A DNA stretch of 64,000 nt, taken from positions 17,838,631-17,902,630 of the forward strand of contig NC_068998.1 of assembly GCF_001194135.2 (NCBI RefSeq), written 5' to 3'. The stretch's first letter is position 1. The number at the start of each line of letters is the position of its first letter. A program made the position numbers and the translations under genes. Source of the stretch: Octopus bimaculoides (lineage: Eukaryota). This document shows, piece after piece, positions 38,531 through 50,730 of this stretch. Below the pieces are notes generated by a model. That model was not told the DNA's origin and did not search any database. It saw only the letters and a list, made by a program, of their open reading frames with translations.

Positions 38531-40804
38531 CTTATCTTTTCTATCATTTTCAGAAACTTAAATTCTTTTAAATACTAAGATTACAGTGCTCCAACGTGGC
38601 CTTGGCTGCGCTGGCTAAAACAAATTAAAAAAAAACAAACATTGTTTTGCTTCTATTTTTCCCAATTTTGTCATGATTGTGATGGTTGTGAAAATTCAGA
38701 CATTTGCACTTCACTTATTAGACTAATTAGTTGATTCTACCCTCCCCCCTTCCTATTGCTAAACTACTTACTCACTTGGAGTGGAATCTGTTAGTCAGGC
38801 AGACATACTGAGGCAGGCAGAATTGTTATCTGTCAGCCTTGACTGTCACATTAATTTCTCTATCAATCTGCCTCTATAATTTGAATTGTGTTTGCAAGTT
38901 TTGATGCACACAGGTCTTTAATGATCTGACCACGCACAATAAGAAACACACTGAAGGTTAATGTAAGCATGAGCAGGGAACATTATATAAAAACATTTCG
39001 TATTTATCTAAATTATTGATCCGAAATTCTCTTCATAGATTCCTTCATTAGTTGAAGATCCCTTTTTTTATTTTTGCTAATAACATCTTCCCTATCTATC
39101 TCCCTCTCTTTTGCTCTTTTTAAGCATTTCTCTCCATCAGCTGATGTTTATTTTGACGACTATTTCTTTTCTTTATTTCTTTATTTTTTTTGTTGTAATC
39201 TTGTTAATTTGTCAACCTTCCATTTTGATGTTTTAGTCAAATGTCATTGAGAGTGTTGTTTAGTAACCTTTTCAGATAGAATTCCTCATTTTCCTCCATC
39301 ACCAGCTGTACTTTTATGTCCCCCATATCCAATGCCTACCCCCTACCCTTTTACCAAAATACTTCATTGGTATTTCTGCCATTAGTTGGCCTCAAACTGT
39401 GCTATCATCTAACTGAGTGTTTTTAGCTGTTGAATTGATGTTTGATAAACTCAACACTAATAGCCTCAACTTGTTGGCTGGAGCAAAGCAAAGCAACAAT
39501 AAAATGATCAACTGTTTGTTAATGTTAAAGGCTAAAATTCTTCGTATCGTGTATCATAATAATTTATCTGTTTATGATCGCAGTGAAACTTTGCTATGTT
39601 TGTTTCCTGATTTCTTAATAAAAAAAAAATGTTCTTTTATTATTTTTTTATTGAGATCATATCTATCATTCTATTTTGACAATTGATTCTGACTTGTGAT
39701 AAACAGAATGATGTTAGAGCTGCTTGATATTATTAGCGTTAGTCAAGTTGTATTGTTGCATTGAGATAACTAATGAAATATTAGTTGCAATTGTAAAGTT
39801 AACATGTTAGAGGCGCAGACACACCTGTATGGTTAAGAAGTTTGTTTCATAAACCACTTGGTTTTGTGTTTGATTCTACTGTGTGGCACTTTGAGCAAGT
39901 GTTTTTTACTATAATCTTCAGTTAAACAATGCTTTGTGAGTGGAATTTGGTAGACAGAAACTGTATCACAGCCTGTTGTGTGTACACACGCGCATGCGTG
40001 CATACTTCGTGTTGACATCACTTGGACAGCAGTGATGTTTGCTTGTATTTTGCATAAACCATACATGCCCTGCATCTTGATGTCTTCAACATGCAATGAC
40101 TTGTGCATAAAGTGCCTTACATGAAAGTAAATAAGGACTTGCTATCAAGAAAACATCTGGCCATAGAACTTTCTTTCTCTCTCTTTTTCTCAGAACAGGT
40201 TACCAAGTAGTTTCTGTCTACCAAATTGACTCACAATGCATTGGTCAGATCTAGGCTGACCATGAGGTGCTGTGCAGTGGGACTGAACCTGAAACCATAT
40301 GGTTGCAAAGCAAGTCTCTTAACCCTGTAAGCAGTCTTGCTTAAAGGCAATGTTCATCCAATATAGTATTCTTGTGATGGTTTCTTGGTTCCTCATTGTT
40401 AAGAAAAGGAATATGTTGGAGATCAATACTGTATTCATATGTTTATTTGTTTTAATGTCCGTTTTTCTGTACTAGGATAGGTTGGCGAGGGACTTATTTG
40501 AAACAGTATTTTTATAGTTGGATGATCTTTCTATCACCAACATTTTTTTGTTCCGCTACTTTGAAAGAGCAGAGTTACAAGAACAATGTTCACCAGTAAT
40601 GTAAATAAGCCAACATCTTTCATACACACACACATGCACACATTCAATGGTTTCCATGCATTTTTTGTCTCTATTTCATTTCACTCGCAAGGTATTGGTC
40701 AACCCAAGGCTATAGTAGATGATATTTGGCTAAGGCACTGCACAGAGGAGCTAAATCTAAGACTACTTGATTTTGAAGTGAACTTCTTAAGCACACCTAT
40801 GATG

Positions 40805-41010
40805 TGTGTACCAAATGTAAAGTGTGAGTGCACAATAGATGCAGTGGGATTGTAAGCAGACTGGAAGAAGGAAGACTTTGATTGTAGCAGATGTAGAAGT
40901 AGTTAGCAGCAAGAACACCAATGAAATAAATTCTTTCAAATGTTTGGAAGACACCCTGAAAATAGTTGATAGCTTTTGTTACCCAAGTGAAAGTGGATAA
41001 GGTGTGACGT
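40805..41010 (+). mobile_element. RTE LINE fragment (PHD-like finger end and following RT block)
   Basis: HNRCSGIVSRL, DFDCSRCR and KCLEDTLKIVDSFCYP are colinear with the other two RTE remnants. Confidence 0.7.
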
Positions 41011-41124
41011 AGTTGTTTTATGTAAAGACGAAATGAAAGTGTAATGGGCTGGTTTGTTTTGGTGAAAATGAAATGTTTCTAATTTCAAGATATATTACTT
41101 GCTGTGAAGTGGACTGGTGCTGCA

Positions 41125-41325
41125 TTTATATGAAGCTATCTTCATAGTATATGCATATAAGTTGAATTATGAAAGGTAAAAGGGTATTGTGTTTAGACTT
41201 GGGTCCCATGCTGAAGCTGTCCCATTTTGTAGATGTAAACAAACAGTCATCCTGAAATCCAAGCATAAATCTGAAATGAAACACTGTTGGTCCCAAGCAT
41301 TTTGGATAAGGAATTATCAGCTCTA
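41125..41325 (+). mobile_element. pogo/Tigger4 (MER46)-like transposon right end
   Basis: GTGTTTAGACTTGGGTCCCAT and AAACACTGTTGGTCCCAAGCATTTTGGATAAGG match, in order and spacing, my recollection of the Tigger4/MER46 3' terminus. Ends in TA. Identification is from memory. Confidence 0.6.
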
Positions 41326-41384
41326 ATACATTGCTAATTTCTATTAAGATGTTTTTAAAATCTGCCTTGAAGAAATACATAGAG

Positions 41385-41490
41385 ATACTCAACCTTATAA
41401 CCACTGCCGCATACTCAACCTTATAACCACTGCCACATACTCAACCTTATAACCACTGCCATGTACTCCACTTTATAACCACCACTGTTA
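41385..41490. repeat. 26 bp minisatellite, 3 near-perfect copies plus 1 degenerate copy
   Basis: (ATACTCAACCTTATAACCACTGCC[GC/AC/AT])x3 followed by a partial unit. Confidence 0.9.
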
Positions 41491-42932
41491 CCGCATGTCT
41501 ATACTTCACATATGCAGATCAGATGTTGGCTCTCTTTCAGCAGACGTTCAGGCTGGATATCATCTGCATCAACCTCACCAGCCTCTGAGAGCTTGCAAAG
41601 GTCATTATATAAAAATATGATTAAAACAATAGTCTTAGATTATTCATTAATTCATTATGGCAAAGTAGAGAACTTACATAAATTGTCTTTGATTTAAATG
41701 GGAGAAAAAATGAGATGAGCAACTAAATACCTTGATATACCAGAAACCTATCTAGAAGCATTGACATTAGTAGGGAATGTATATATTGCAATACATTTTT
41801 CCATATTTACTTTTTTTTTATGGTTTAGAGAAGAAAAGTAATACATGTGATCTTTCACATTGTCTTCAAGATTGGGGAAACAAAGGAAGAAATTATAACA
41901 GTAGAAAACAATGGATCATCAATATATCAAGTTATCCTCAGACCTGGAACTCAGTCTGAATGCTAGCAGAAGGGCAAGATGCTTGTTTGATGAATTACAT
42001 AAAAATGAGTACATTCTATCTGCTCACTGTTGCTCATGAGTCTTGAATTGATCCAAAGCTATGATAGAGAGCACTTTCCCAAAGGTACAATTCACTGGGA
42101 TCAAATCAGAATCTTGTGTTACTAAGCAAACTTAGTAACTAATACAACCATGCTTACATTTCCAGATTGCCCCTCCCCCTGCATTATACAATATAGAAAA
42201 TCATCTATTCATTGCTTCTTCCAAAGCTAAAATGAATTCAGTGACTCAACACATATACTGTATTATGGAATCTCACAGATATATGGTTACACAAGGGACT
42301 GCATATATTATACCGTAAGACATGTATACATGGAAGAAACGGGAGACCAACTTACCATACAACACTACAATCTGTGAGGTAGAGAGAGTGTTTAGAAGGA
42401 TATCATACATCGGTATGTGTATGTATTTGAAAATGTGTATATAAATGTGTCACTAAGGTATTTTTAGTTATGCTATGTAATTGTGTTGGGGTTACTGGCT
42501 GTGTGTAATTGATGAATAACTCCCATGAACAATTTACTGAAGTTTTATGTGTGGCTTATAATATTTTTCTTGTTCATCTTTGAATGATAAATACAAACAA
42601 TTTATACACGTGAGAATAGATAAACTCTGCAGTTTTGACGAAATAGCTGGTTAGTACTAGTCCGTGACTACACTGTCATGATTGGAGAAATATATTAAAT
42701 TCAAGACAGCATATCTGTGACTGCCAACTTCTCGGTTGAATAGGTAGTTGTTAAAACAACTATTATTATACTGTTTCTGTTTGGGCTGAAAGATGTGTTT
42801 TTGTAGTGGTGGCCTCCAACATCTTGAAGTTTTAGCGTGAAAAATTCATCTATTTCTAAGCCCTGTTAGAAAGGTTCTAGAATGCTGATTGATCAGTTAA
42901 TTAGCCAATCATGTGAAATGAGTATGGCTAAG

Positions 42933-43270
42933 CTGCAGACATGGCTGTGTGTTAAGAAGCTTGCTTCCCAACCACATGGTTCCAGGTTCAGTCCCACTGT
43001 GTAGCACCTTGGGTGAGTGTTTTCTACTCTAGCCTTTGGCTGATCAAAGCCTTGAGAGTGGATTTGGGAGACAGAAACTGAAAGAAGCCCATTGTGTGTG
43101 TGTGTTTGTCCCCCACGACTACTTGACAACTGCTGTTGGTGTGTTTATGTCCCTATAACTTAGTGGTTTGGCAAGAGGTACAAATAAGATAAATATGAAG
43201 GTTAAAAAGAATAAATCCTGGGATTGATTTGTTTGACTAAAACTCTTCAAGGCAGTGCCCCAACATGACT
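42933..43270 (+). mobile_element. Same SINE family
   Basis: GGCTGTGTGTTAAGAAGCTTGCTTCCCAACCACATGGTTCCAGGTTCAGTCCCACTG head with full body. Confidence 0.8.
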
Positions 43271-43422
43271 CTGCTTCAAATGTCTTACATAAATTTTAAA
43301 AGGGGTGTCTTTGTAAACACAAAATCTTATTCTGAAATGAAAGAATTATCTCATAGATACATAATTAAAGTAGAACCATGCAATTTGATAATGGTAGTAA
43401 GAGTGAATTAGGTACAGTTTAA

Positions 43423-43631
43423 GCTTGTAGTATTCAGAATACCCTGTCAAATGTAATGCTTATTTATTCACATATTTAAAAAATTAATCATGCATTATCT
43501 CATAGCTTTGAGAGTTCAATGATGTGATTACTTTTAAATGACATTGTAGAATAGGTGTGAGGCTGGATCTGGTTGGTTTGAACATAAAAGAATATTTGGG
43601 CCAAATATGGCTGGTTTAAATGCTAAGGAGG
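43423..43631 (-). mobile_element. ~210 bp piggyBac-type MITE, copy 3
   Basis: TTAA on both sides; internal sequence aligns with copy 2 (gtcaaatgtaatgctt..gaattaatcatg..gtttgaacataaaa..tttaaatgctaa). Confidence 0.8.
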
Positions 43632-43969
43632 TTAAAGGAAATAACTACAGACCTATGAAAATTTGTTAGCATGTCAGATATTTTCTACAAACTCCTTTGA
43701 TATTTGTCTAAGACTATACAGCTTTAGCATGCTTATGTTTTTAGTACTTAAATTCTGTATAGATAGTATAATTCTATAACAATATCTTGTTAGGAGTTTG
43801 TAATGAAATAGTGGCTTTCTTAATATTACACAGATATAAAATTCTATCTACACATAAAATTCTTCCTCCAATCAATTTATATGAATGATGATGGCAGCAT
43901 ACAAATTATGATTTTGGCATAATTGCTTACTCTTGATTAAGCACTACAGACAAAAAGACAATTTCTGGG

Positions 43970-44003
<34 letters not shown>

Positions 44004-45114
44004 ACAAATAATATGATAATTGAGAACTACTGTTTCTAATATTTCCAGTTAACTGATATACTAATTCATTCTGAAATATTCTGTTGTTTTTGATGAACAT
44101 TTTGGAAACAAAAGAGTGATATCAATACTCTTAGTAAACTATATTGTAGATATATAAAGTTTTTGTCAGTAATTGTCACTTCATCAGATGAAATGGAAGT
44201 AAGTGATGAAAGATCCATTCTGAAAAACGATATAGAGAACAAACCATTTAGATTTCGATAAATTTCAACACCTCACAGAAACATCTGCTGCAGTAAGATC
44301 AGTTTCATGAAATCATATGTCTAGTGAATAAATAGCTGGACGTTGTGGAGAACGGCATAGAAATCAGAGCTGAATTGCTACATATTTCCACAATCTTCAC
44401 TACTGAGCAAATGCTTAACAGCTGAAATGGTTTGTATGAGATGGGGAAAATGCTAAAGGAAAAGGACTTGATACATCAAGTGACATAATGGAAGTGAAAA
44501 AGCCAGTACCATTTGCTTTAACTTGGAGAAATGAAAAAGACAAATAATAAACTGATCTCAGTTAAATTCCTTCTGGTTTTTAGTTTAACTAAAATTTTTG
44601 CTGTAAAGTACAAATCAACCTTCAACCAAGTGAAAACAAAATTTTTCGCACACATTAACATGTTTCTGCAAGAACGACATACTTTCCAGGAACTTGTCTA
44701 CATTCTAAATGTACTTTCTATCTTCACATCTTCATTTGGAAGTTATCAAACTATTCACATGTTTCAATTATCTTTTAAAAAAAATAGAAAACAAGTAAGT
44801 TGGTAAATACTTCAAGAAATTTAATGGAAATTACCATATGTGGAAGGGAAAAATACCGGTGTTTAGGTGGCATGATGTAGACCAGAAACTAGAAAACATT
44901 CTTCTGCAACAGTTTTACAGACTTGGTTTGCCCAAAATATCTATATTTAGATACAAGTGCAGGTATGGCTGTGTGGTAAAAAGCTTGTTTCCTAACTAAA
45001 TGGTTCTGGGTTCAGTCCCACTGCATGACACCTTGGGCAAGTGTCTTCTACAAAAGCCTCAAACCAATCAAAACCTTGTGAGTAGATTTGGTGGATGGAA
45101 ACCGAAAGAAGCCC

Positions 45115-45153
<39 letters not shown>

Positions 45154-45163
45154 NNNNNNNNNN

Positions 45164-45194
<31 letters not shown>

Positions 45195-46295
45195 AGTTAA
45201 TGTGAGTTTTAGAAGGATATATTATCTGGGCAGATACTGTGGTGGCTTTCAGTTATGTTCCAGGTTATGGCTAACTGTGTCAATTAGCATTTAACATTTT
45301 TGACTACTATGAGTTATCACCCATGCTGTAAGTTCTTCCGATAGATAATTCCATATTCGCTTCCCTGGATGGTAATATTATCTGGAGTGTATATTAGCAA
45401 TAATGATAAGGATAAAGAATATGTATTTCCCTTAGAGCAAGGCACCTGTGCCTGTCACTCTGTCATACTTTAGCTGCTCTGCATAAAGCCACCTTCTTTT
45501 CTATTATAACACCCCTTAGTCAAGGGGTATTTTGTTTGTGTTGAAAGTTACTTGGTTACCTCCCTAATGCTACAATTACACCCCCCCCCTCAAAAAACAT
45601 CCAGTGCACACAGTAAAGTGGTGGACATTAGGAAGGGCATTCAAATGTAGAAACCTTGCCAAAGAAGACATTGGAGCTCAAAACAGTTTTCAAGCCCCAG
45701 TTGGATCCTGTCTAATCGTCCAACTTATGCCAGCATGGAAGACGGACTTAAAATATAATGCTGATATGTGCAAATTGTTATTACCCACTTGTTGTTCTTT
45801 TTACATTATAACCTTAGCAAGAACTCAAAAAACTACTTATATTTATTGTATAACCCCCACTATTTTTAATAGATGGCCTGGCAGTTATGTAGTACAAGCA
45901 AATACAGAATACTCTGTCTTCAGCGATGTGATAATGTGTGTGCATGCATGTGCTTTCAGATGGACAGCTACAATATATTTCTTAGTCTTGTGGGTCAAAA
46001 GTATTTAGAGTACTAAAGAAAAAAAAGTTTGTAACTGTATACTTTTGGGTTTTTAGTATCACAGCACTGTTTCAGCTGATGGGTTAACCTAGTTCAATCA
46101 TGCCTTCAGTGTGGAACATATAACGTGGCTTGATGGTGTAATGAATTGTCACAGTCTTAATTTACAATTCAATAAATAAATAAATAAATAAGTGAAATAA
46201 GTGTGTCACTCAACTCTTAAATAGTGAAATAGTGTTTGTGTTGCTTTGGTTGCTTGGTTGCTTTGAAGTATTGTGGATTTTGCCCTGTTAGAACA

Positions 46296-46355
<60 letters not shown>

Positions 46356-47131
46356 ATACATAAAGATGCACGTAATAAAATGTCACTAAATTTGCTCTCC
46401 GTTATGAGGTTTGTACCACATTTTATTCAATTCTTTCTACAACTAGAATAATGGCTGTCTCCAGCAAGTAAATTCTTTTCATGTTCAGCAGGTGAAGTTT
46501 TGTTGTTAGCTCTAGTGTTTCACTGAATCTTCAATATTAAACAATAATAAAGTTGTTGATCTGTTGGTGAGTTGTTGGTGGTTTCAGATTTCTGGCTGGA
46601 GTTATTTTTCGTTTTACATCACTAATAATAATTTTGATAAAAGCATGTCACAATGTATTTTCTTCCCCTCATATCAGAGACTTTGTATATCTTAAACAAG
46701 GAGTTAAGCTGATATCTGTTTGGTCAGTCTATTCGACTACTTAGTATTATTAACAAATATAGATGAGTATCAAATTAACTGCTTCGTTAAACTGAATTAA
46801 TGGCTAAGATTTTCATTGCTGATGATATTAAGACATTATAATAATCATTTGAAGACAGTGGAGTTGTTATTCTTTTGTATTACAAATTGATGATTGTAAT
46901 GCTTATATGCTTAATAAATGAACATCACTGAATAAAATTGTGTGAAATACCTTTGTAATAGTTACAGCAAGAGATTGCTTTAAAAAATTCGTTTTTTTTT
47001 TTTTTATATTTGTAAAAAATGTTGCATCCATTGAAGACTGTCAAATAATTCATCATTAATGCTGCTAATACTGTTATTATCTTTTCAGTTACATTTGGTA
47101 ATAATTGTTTTTATTATATTTTATTTTTCAG

Positions 47132-47254
47132 ACTCATATTTCTGTGGGACCAGGTCATGGACCAAAAACTCCTTCGTTGGGGACGGCTAGAGATCGTGAA
47201 AAGAAAATCGGTCATCGGAGGGTTGATGAATCAGGTGTTGTGACATATAAAAAG
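47132..47254 (+). CDS. PIP5K1: Internal coding exon of type I phosphatidylinositol-4-phosphate 5-kinase (N-terminal, just before the kinase core)
   Basis: Acceptor ttatttttcag, 123 nt open in phase 0/0 (THISVGPGHGPKTPSLGTARDREKKIGHRRVDESGVVTYKK), donor AAG|gtacgt. KKIGHRRV.E.G..TYKK is the conserved motif of metazoan type I PIP kinases preceding the AIQLGI block. Confidence 0.9.
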
Positions 47255-47815
47255 GTACGTTCATTAAATTGTTTGTTTAAATTTGTAGAAATCTTCCGGT
47301 AATTGCCATTTGAATGGAAATTTTATTTTCACTATAAAACACATATTGCTAGATTTGTACCACCCCCTTTGAGACCCAACTACACTTTAGCTGAGAAAAC
47401 TAAAAATATATTGCATGTATTGAAATAATTTTTATATGAAATGAAAGCTTGAAGGGTTGGAGATGATAGTGTAAAAATTATTCATATCCAAGAACCCCAA
47501 GTATTTAAATTTTCCCCTCTATTTTATTTTTCATGTTTTAACAAAAAAAGAAAATCTCCGAAATTGACACTTCACCCTCTTTCTGTCAATTGATAAGTAA
47601 AAAATACTTAAAAACCTATTAAAAATCAAAAACAAAATTGGTAAAGCTTTATCGAAACAGAAACTACTAACTTGGTGCTTTGTGAACAGGATTATAAANN
47701 NNNNNNNNNNNNNNNNNNNNNNNNNNNNNNNNNNNNNNNNNNNNNNNNNNNNNNNNNNNNNNNNNNNNNNNNNNNNNNNNNNNNNNNNNNNNNNNNNNNN
47801 NNNNNNNNNNNNNNN

Positions 47816-48938
47816 GTTACTTTCATCTGCTATCAGCTTATCAGTTATCGCCCTTCCTTATCAACTCACTTGTCGACACCTGTGTGGACAAGAGAGAAAA
47901 ATCAAGCTAAACCTTACAGAGCCAAGCAATATCTTAATTTTTTGAAAATTTATACTTTTTACTATTTTTATAACCCTAAATGCATGCATTACCACTACGA
48001 GCCAGTTGGCTTTTGTTTTTCCCAGGAAGTGATAATAACAAAAATTCCGAAAGTGATAATATAAATTTAACCAGTTTATAACTTTGTTAAATCAATTTTT
48101 CAATACCCTTATCAATATGGCAAGCAGTTATAAAAAGAAGCGCTGGTGAATGTGCTTTGTTTGATGTAAAATGGACTGAGCTTTATTTTTTTTAGTGAAA
48201 TAGATAACAAGTGCATTTGTCTTATTTGCAATGAACAAGTAGCCGTTCATAAAAAATATAATATAGAGACATTTTGTGAGTAAGCATGAGACCTATGGAA
48301 AGTTGAAAGAATCTGAACATTTTGACAAGATAGCCTCCTTGAAAGAAAATTTGACCAAAAGACAAGCTTTTTTAAAAGGCCAATTCTTGAAAGTTAATCA
48401 GTTACTCGAGCTAATTATGCGATATATGAAAATATTGCTAAAAAACCTCAAACCACATAGCGATGGTGAATTTGTGCAAAAATGTATCCTTACTGCTGTT
48501 GAGAATATATGCCCAGAAAAATTTAATTTGTTTGGAAATTTTAGTTTATCATGAAGAACTGTTTCTGATCGTATTAAAGATATTGCTGATGACATTCAAA
48601 ATTCTCTAAAATCTGATTCAGCAGAATTCATATTGTATTCATTAGCTATTGATGAAACCACTGATCTGTCTAATACTGTTCAGATGGCAATATTTATATG
48701 TGCAATAACTTCAAAATTCAACATTTGGGGAGAATTTCTTGCCTTGAAATCAATACATGGAACAACTAGAGGTGAAGATTTATTTCAAATGATCAACTCA
48801 GCCTTGAAAGATTTTGATTTACCATATGAAAAAATGAGTGGTCTTGCTTCAGATGGCGTTCCATCTATGGTAGGTCATGGAAAAGGGTTTGTAGCTCTGA
48901 TTAAGAATGAATTTAAGAAACGTCTTAAATACACCTAA
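47816..48938 (+). mobile_element. 5' half of a hAT (Buster/SPIN/GTF2IRD2-like) transposon, decayed
   Basis: From ATG 48117: KWTELYFF..CICLICNE.VAV.KKYN (BED-like), KPHSDGEFVQKC, TVSDRI, YSLAIDETTD..QMAIFI, EFLAL..GTTRGEDLF, LASDGVPSMVG..KGFV. Frameshifts and stops present; left end lost in the gap. Confidence 0.9.
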
Positions 48939-48941
48939 AAT

Positions 48942-49039
48942 CAGCTCGCAGTGCAACCTACCCAGACTGTGAGATGCAAACATTTCATAGGGGTTATCTC
49001 CTCTTCAGTCAGAAACTGGACAGAGTGTGCTGCGAGCTG
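48942..49039 (-). ncRNA. Type I hammerhead ribozyme-like motif (Penelope/retrozyme type)
   Basis: Minus strand reads stem I 5' arm, CUGAAGA (49008-49002), stem II GGAG-AUAA-CCCC, GAAA (48986-48983), stem III AUG-uuug-CAU, AUC cleavage triplet (C at 48973), stem I 3' arm. Stem I is closed by a perfect 10 bp CAGCTCGCAG/CTGCGAGCTG. Stem II is imperfect. Confidence 0.7.
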
Positions 49040-50409
49040 GTAAGAGAGATTATCTCTCTTATGATATTCCAGTCATAATATGATGACTGGTTGCGCTATC
49101 TGGTGGCTCACCATAAACAGGTTATAGGGTGGCAGTGATTTGTGTAAATACAAGGTTATTACCAATTCAAATATGCTTGGGGCATGTTTGAACCAATAAG
49201 AAAGCCATTCACTGTTTTGTCTTGCAGAAAATTTCTTGCTTTATACAAGTCATGCAAATACTTCTAAAATCAGCTTGCAGCACCATTTACCCTTGTATTT
49301 GGAAAAATAGGCTGTATTAGCTATGAATATATACAATGAATAAGAAATCAAGATCTTAATGGGTAGTTGGTAAAGTAACTAAGCATTTACTTCTCATAAT
49401 TACCAAAGTTAGCCATATTGCATGGTTTAACATGAAATTGCTACATAAGTTTATTGACAAGTGCTACAACCACAGCCATTAACTGGTTTATTCTCTTTGA
49501 GCACTTTCCCAAGGTTCTCATCTTCTTTACTTTCCAAAGTTGCCTGACCATCAGTTGGTCTTTTTTCTTTGTTGGAAACAGACTTCAGCCTTTTTTTTTT
49601 TTTTTTGTCCAGCTCTCAAATTTTCTGAGAAGCATAGACTTTATGTTGCCTGTTGCTGTTTGTTGATACTAAGTGATCCTCACTCTCTTGTATGCATTAA
49701 CAACATGGGAGAAAGTAACAGTGTGCTTAAAGAATGCTTTCATGTCCTTCCTACTCAACTTGACCTTTACTGATTCATAAAATCTATACCAATCATGTAT
49801 TTCATGTCAAATTTGATGATATTGAGGCAAATGGCTTTTCTTCGTTCTGTCATTTGGTGACGTGCTTTTTCTTCATTAGTGTAATAAAATCATTAAATTC
49901 CTCTTATCTTTTCAAAGTTTGATAACATAATAACCTCTTTTTAAATTTCACGTTATTGATACCTCTCAGCCTCCTTTTTCTGTTTGGTCACACTGTTTCA
50001 CACATTACTACTATTTTTTCCAAAAGTTTCAGGAATAAATCTGAAGGAGAGAAAGGCTATTGCAATAAACATGATGGCCTAAGTAGAATATCATTCATCA
50101 TAATCTTTTAGTATTCATATGCCATGCTGGCATCAATTAGCTTGACTGGATTTGATAGGTCAGAGAACTGTGTTGAGCTCAAATCCATTATGACTCTTCC
50201 TCTCAGATTTTCTACAGAAATATAATTGTTTTTCCAGTATGAATTTCAAGTATTTTATGTAACCATTGTTGGAATTGTTACGAACTAAAACTTTATAGGT
50301 TTTAATGGAATATATTGTTTAAATTCCAAATAGTTCTTGTAAGAAATCACAGCTTCATCAATAAAGTCTTTCATATGTGGGTTATAAAATTATTTCACAA
50401 TACATCAGG

Positions 50410-50730
50410 GGAGCAATGAACGACAAGCTATAAGAGAAAGAAAGAACCTTAAAAGTAAGAGAGGTTTGCCAATGTTCTGTGACACGAGGAGGAGAAGCAT
50501 AAAGCATTCTGAATTGTGAAGCAGCATCAGTGTAAATTAAGATGTCATTGGTGAAAAGCCTATGTGCAATGACAGTGGCACACTCTCCTTGATTGGCATG
50601 GAGAAAATGCTACACTGAGCAGTTGGTGAATGAGGAGGGTATGTGGCAGGGAGAGGAACTAGACTTGTTTAGAAGTAACAAAAGATTCAGCTATCAGGGT
50701 TGCAGTGAAACTGTCATTGGCCTGGTCACA
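50410..50730 (+). mobile_element. RTE LINE fragment (EN-RT linker)
   Basis: Decayed KRFANVL..., DVIGEKPMCNDSGTLS resembles the linker of this RTE family. Confidence 0.55.

Noticed and set aside
47340-47698. MITE-like subterminal sequence before the gap
   Set aside because: The other end is lost in Ns; no TIR pair or TSD can be shown.
49460-49600. - strand QLWKVKK..MAVVVAL, faintly like an R4/Dong restriction-like endonuclease region
   Set aside because: Catalytic residues are not visible.
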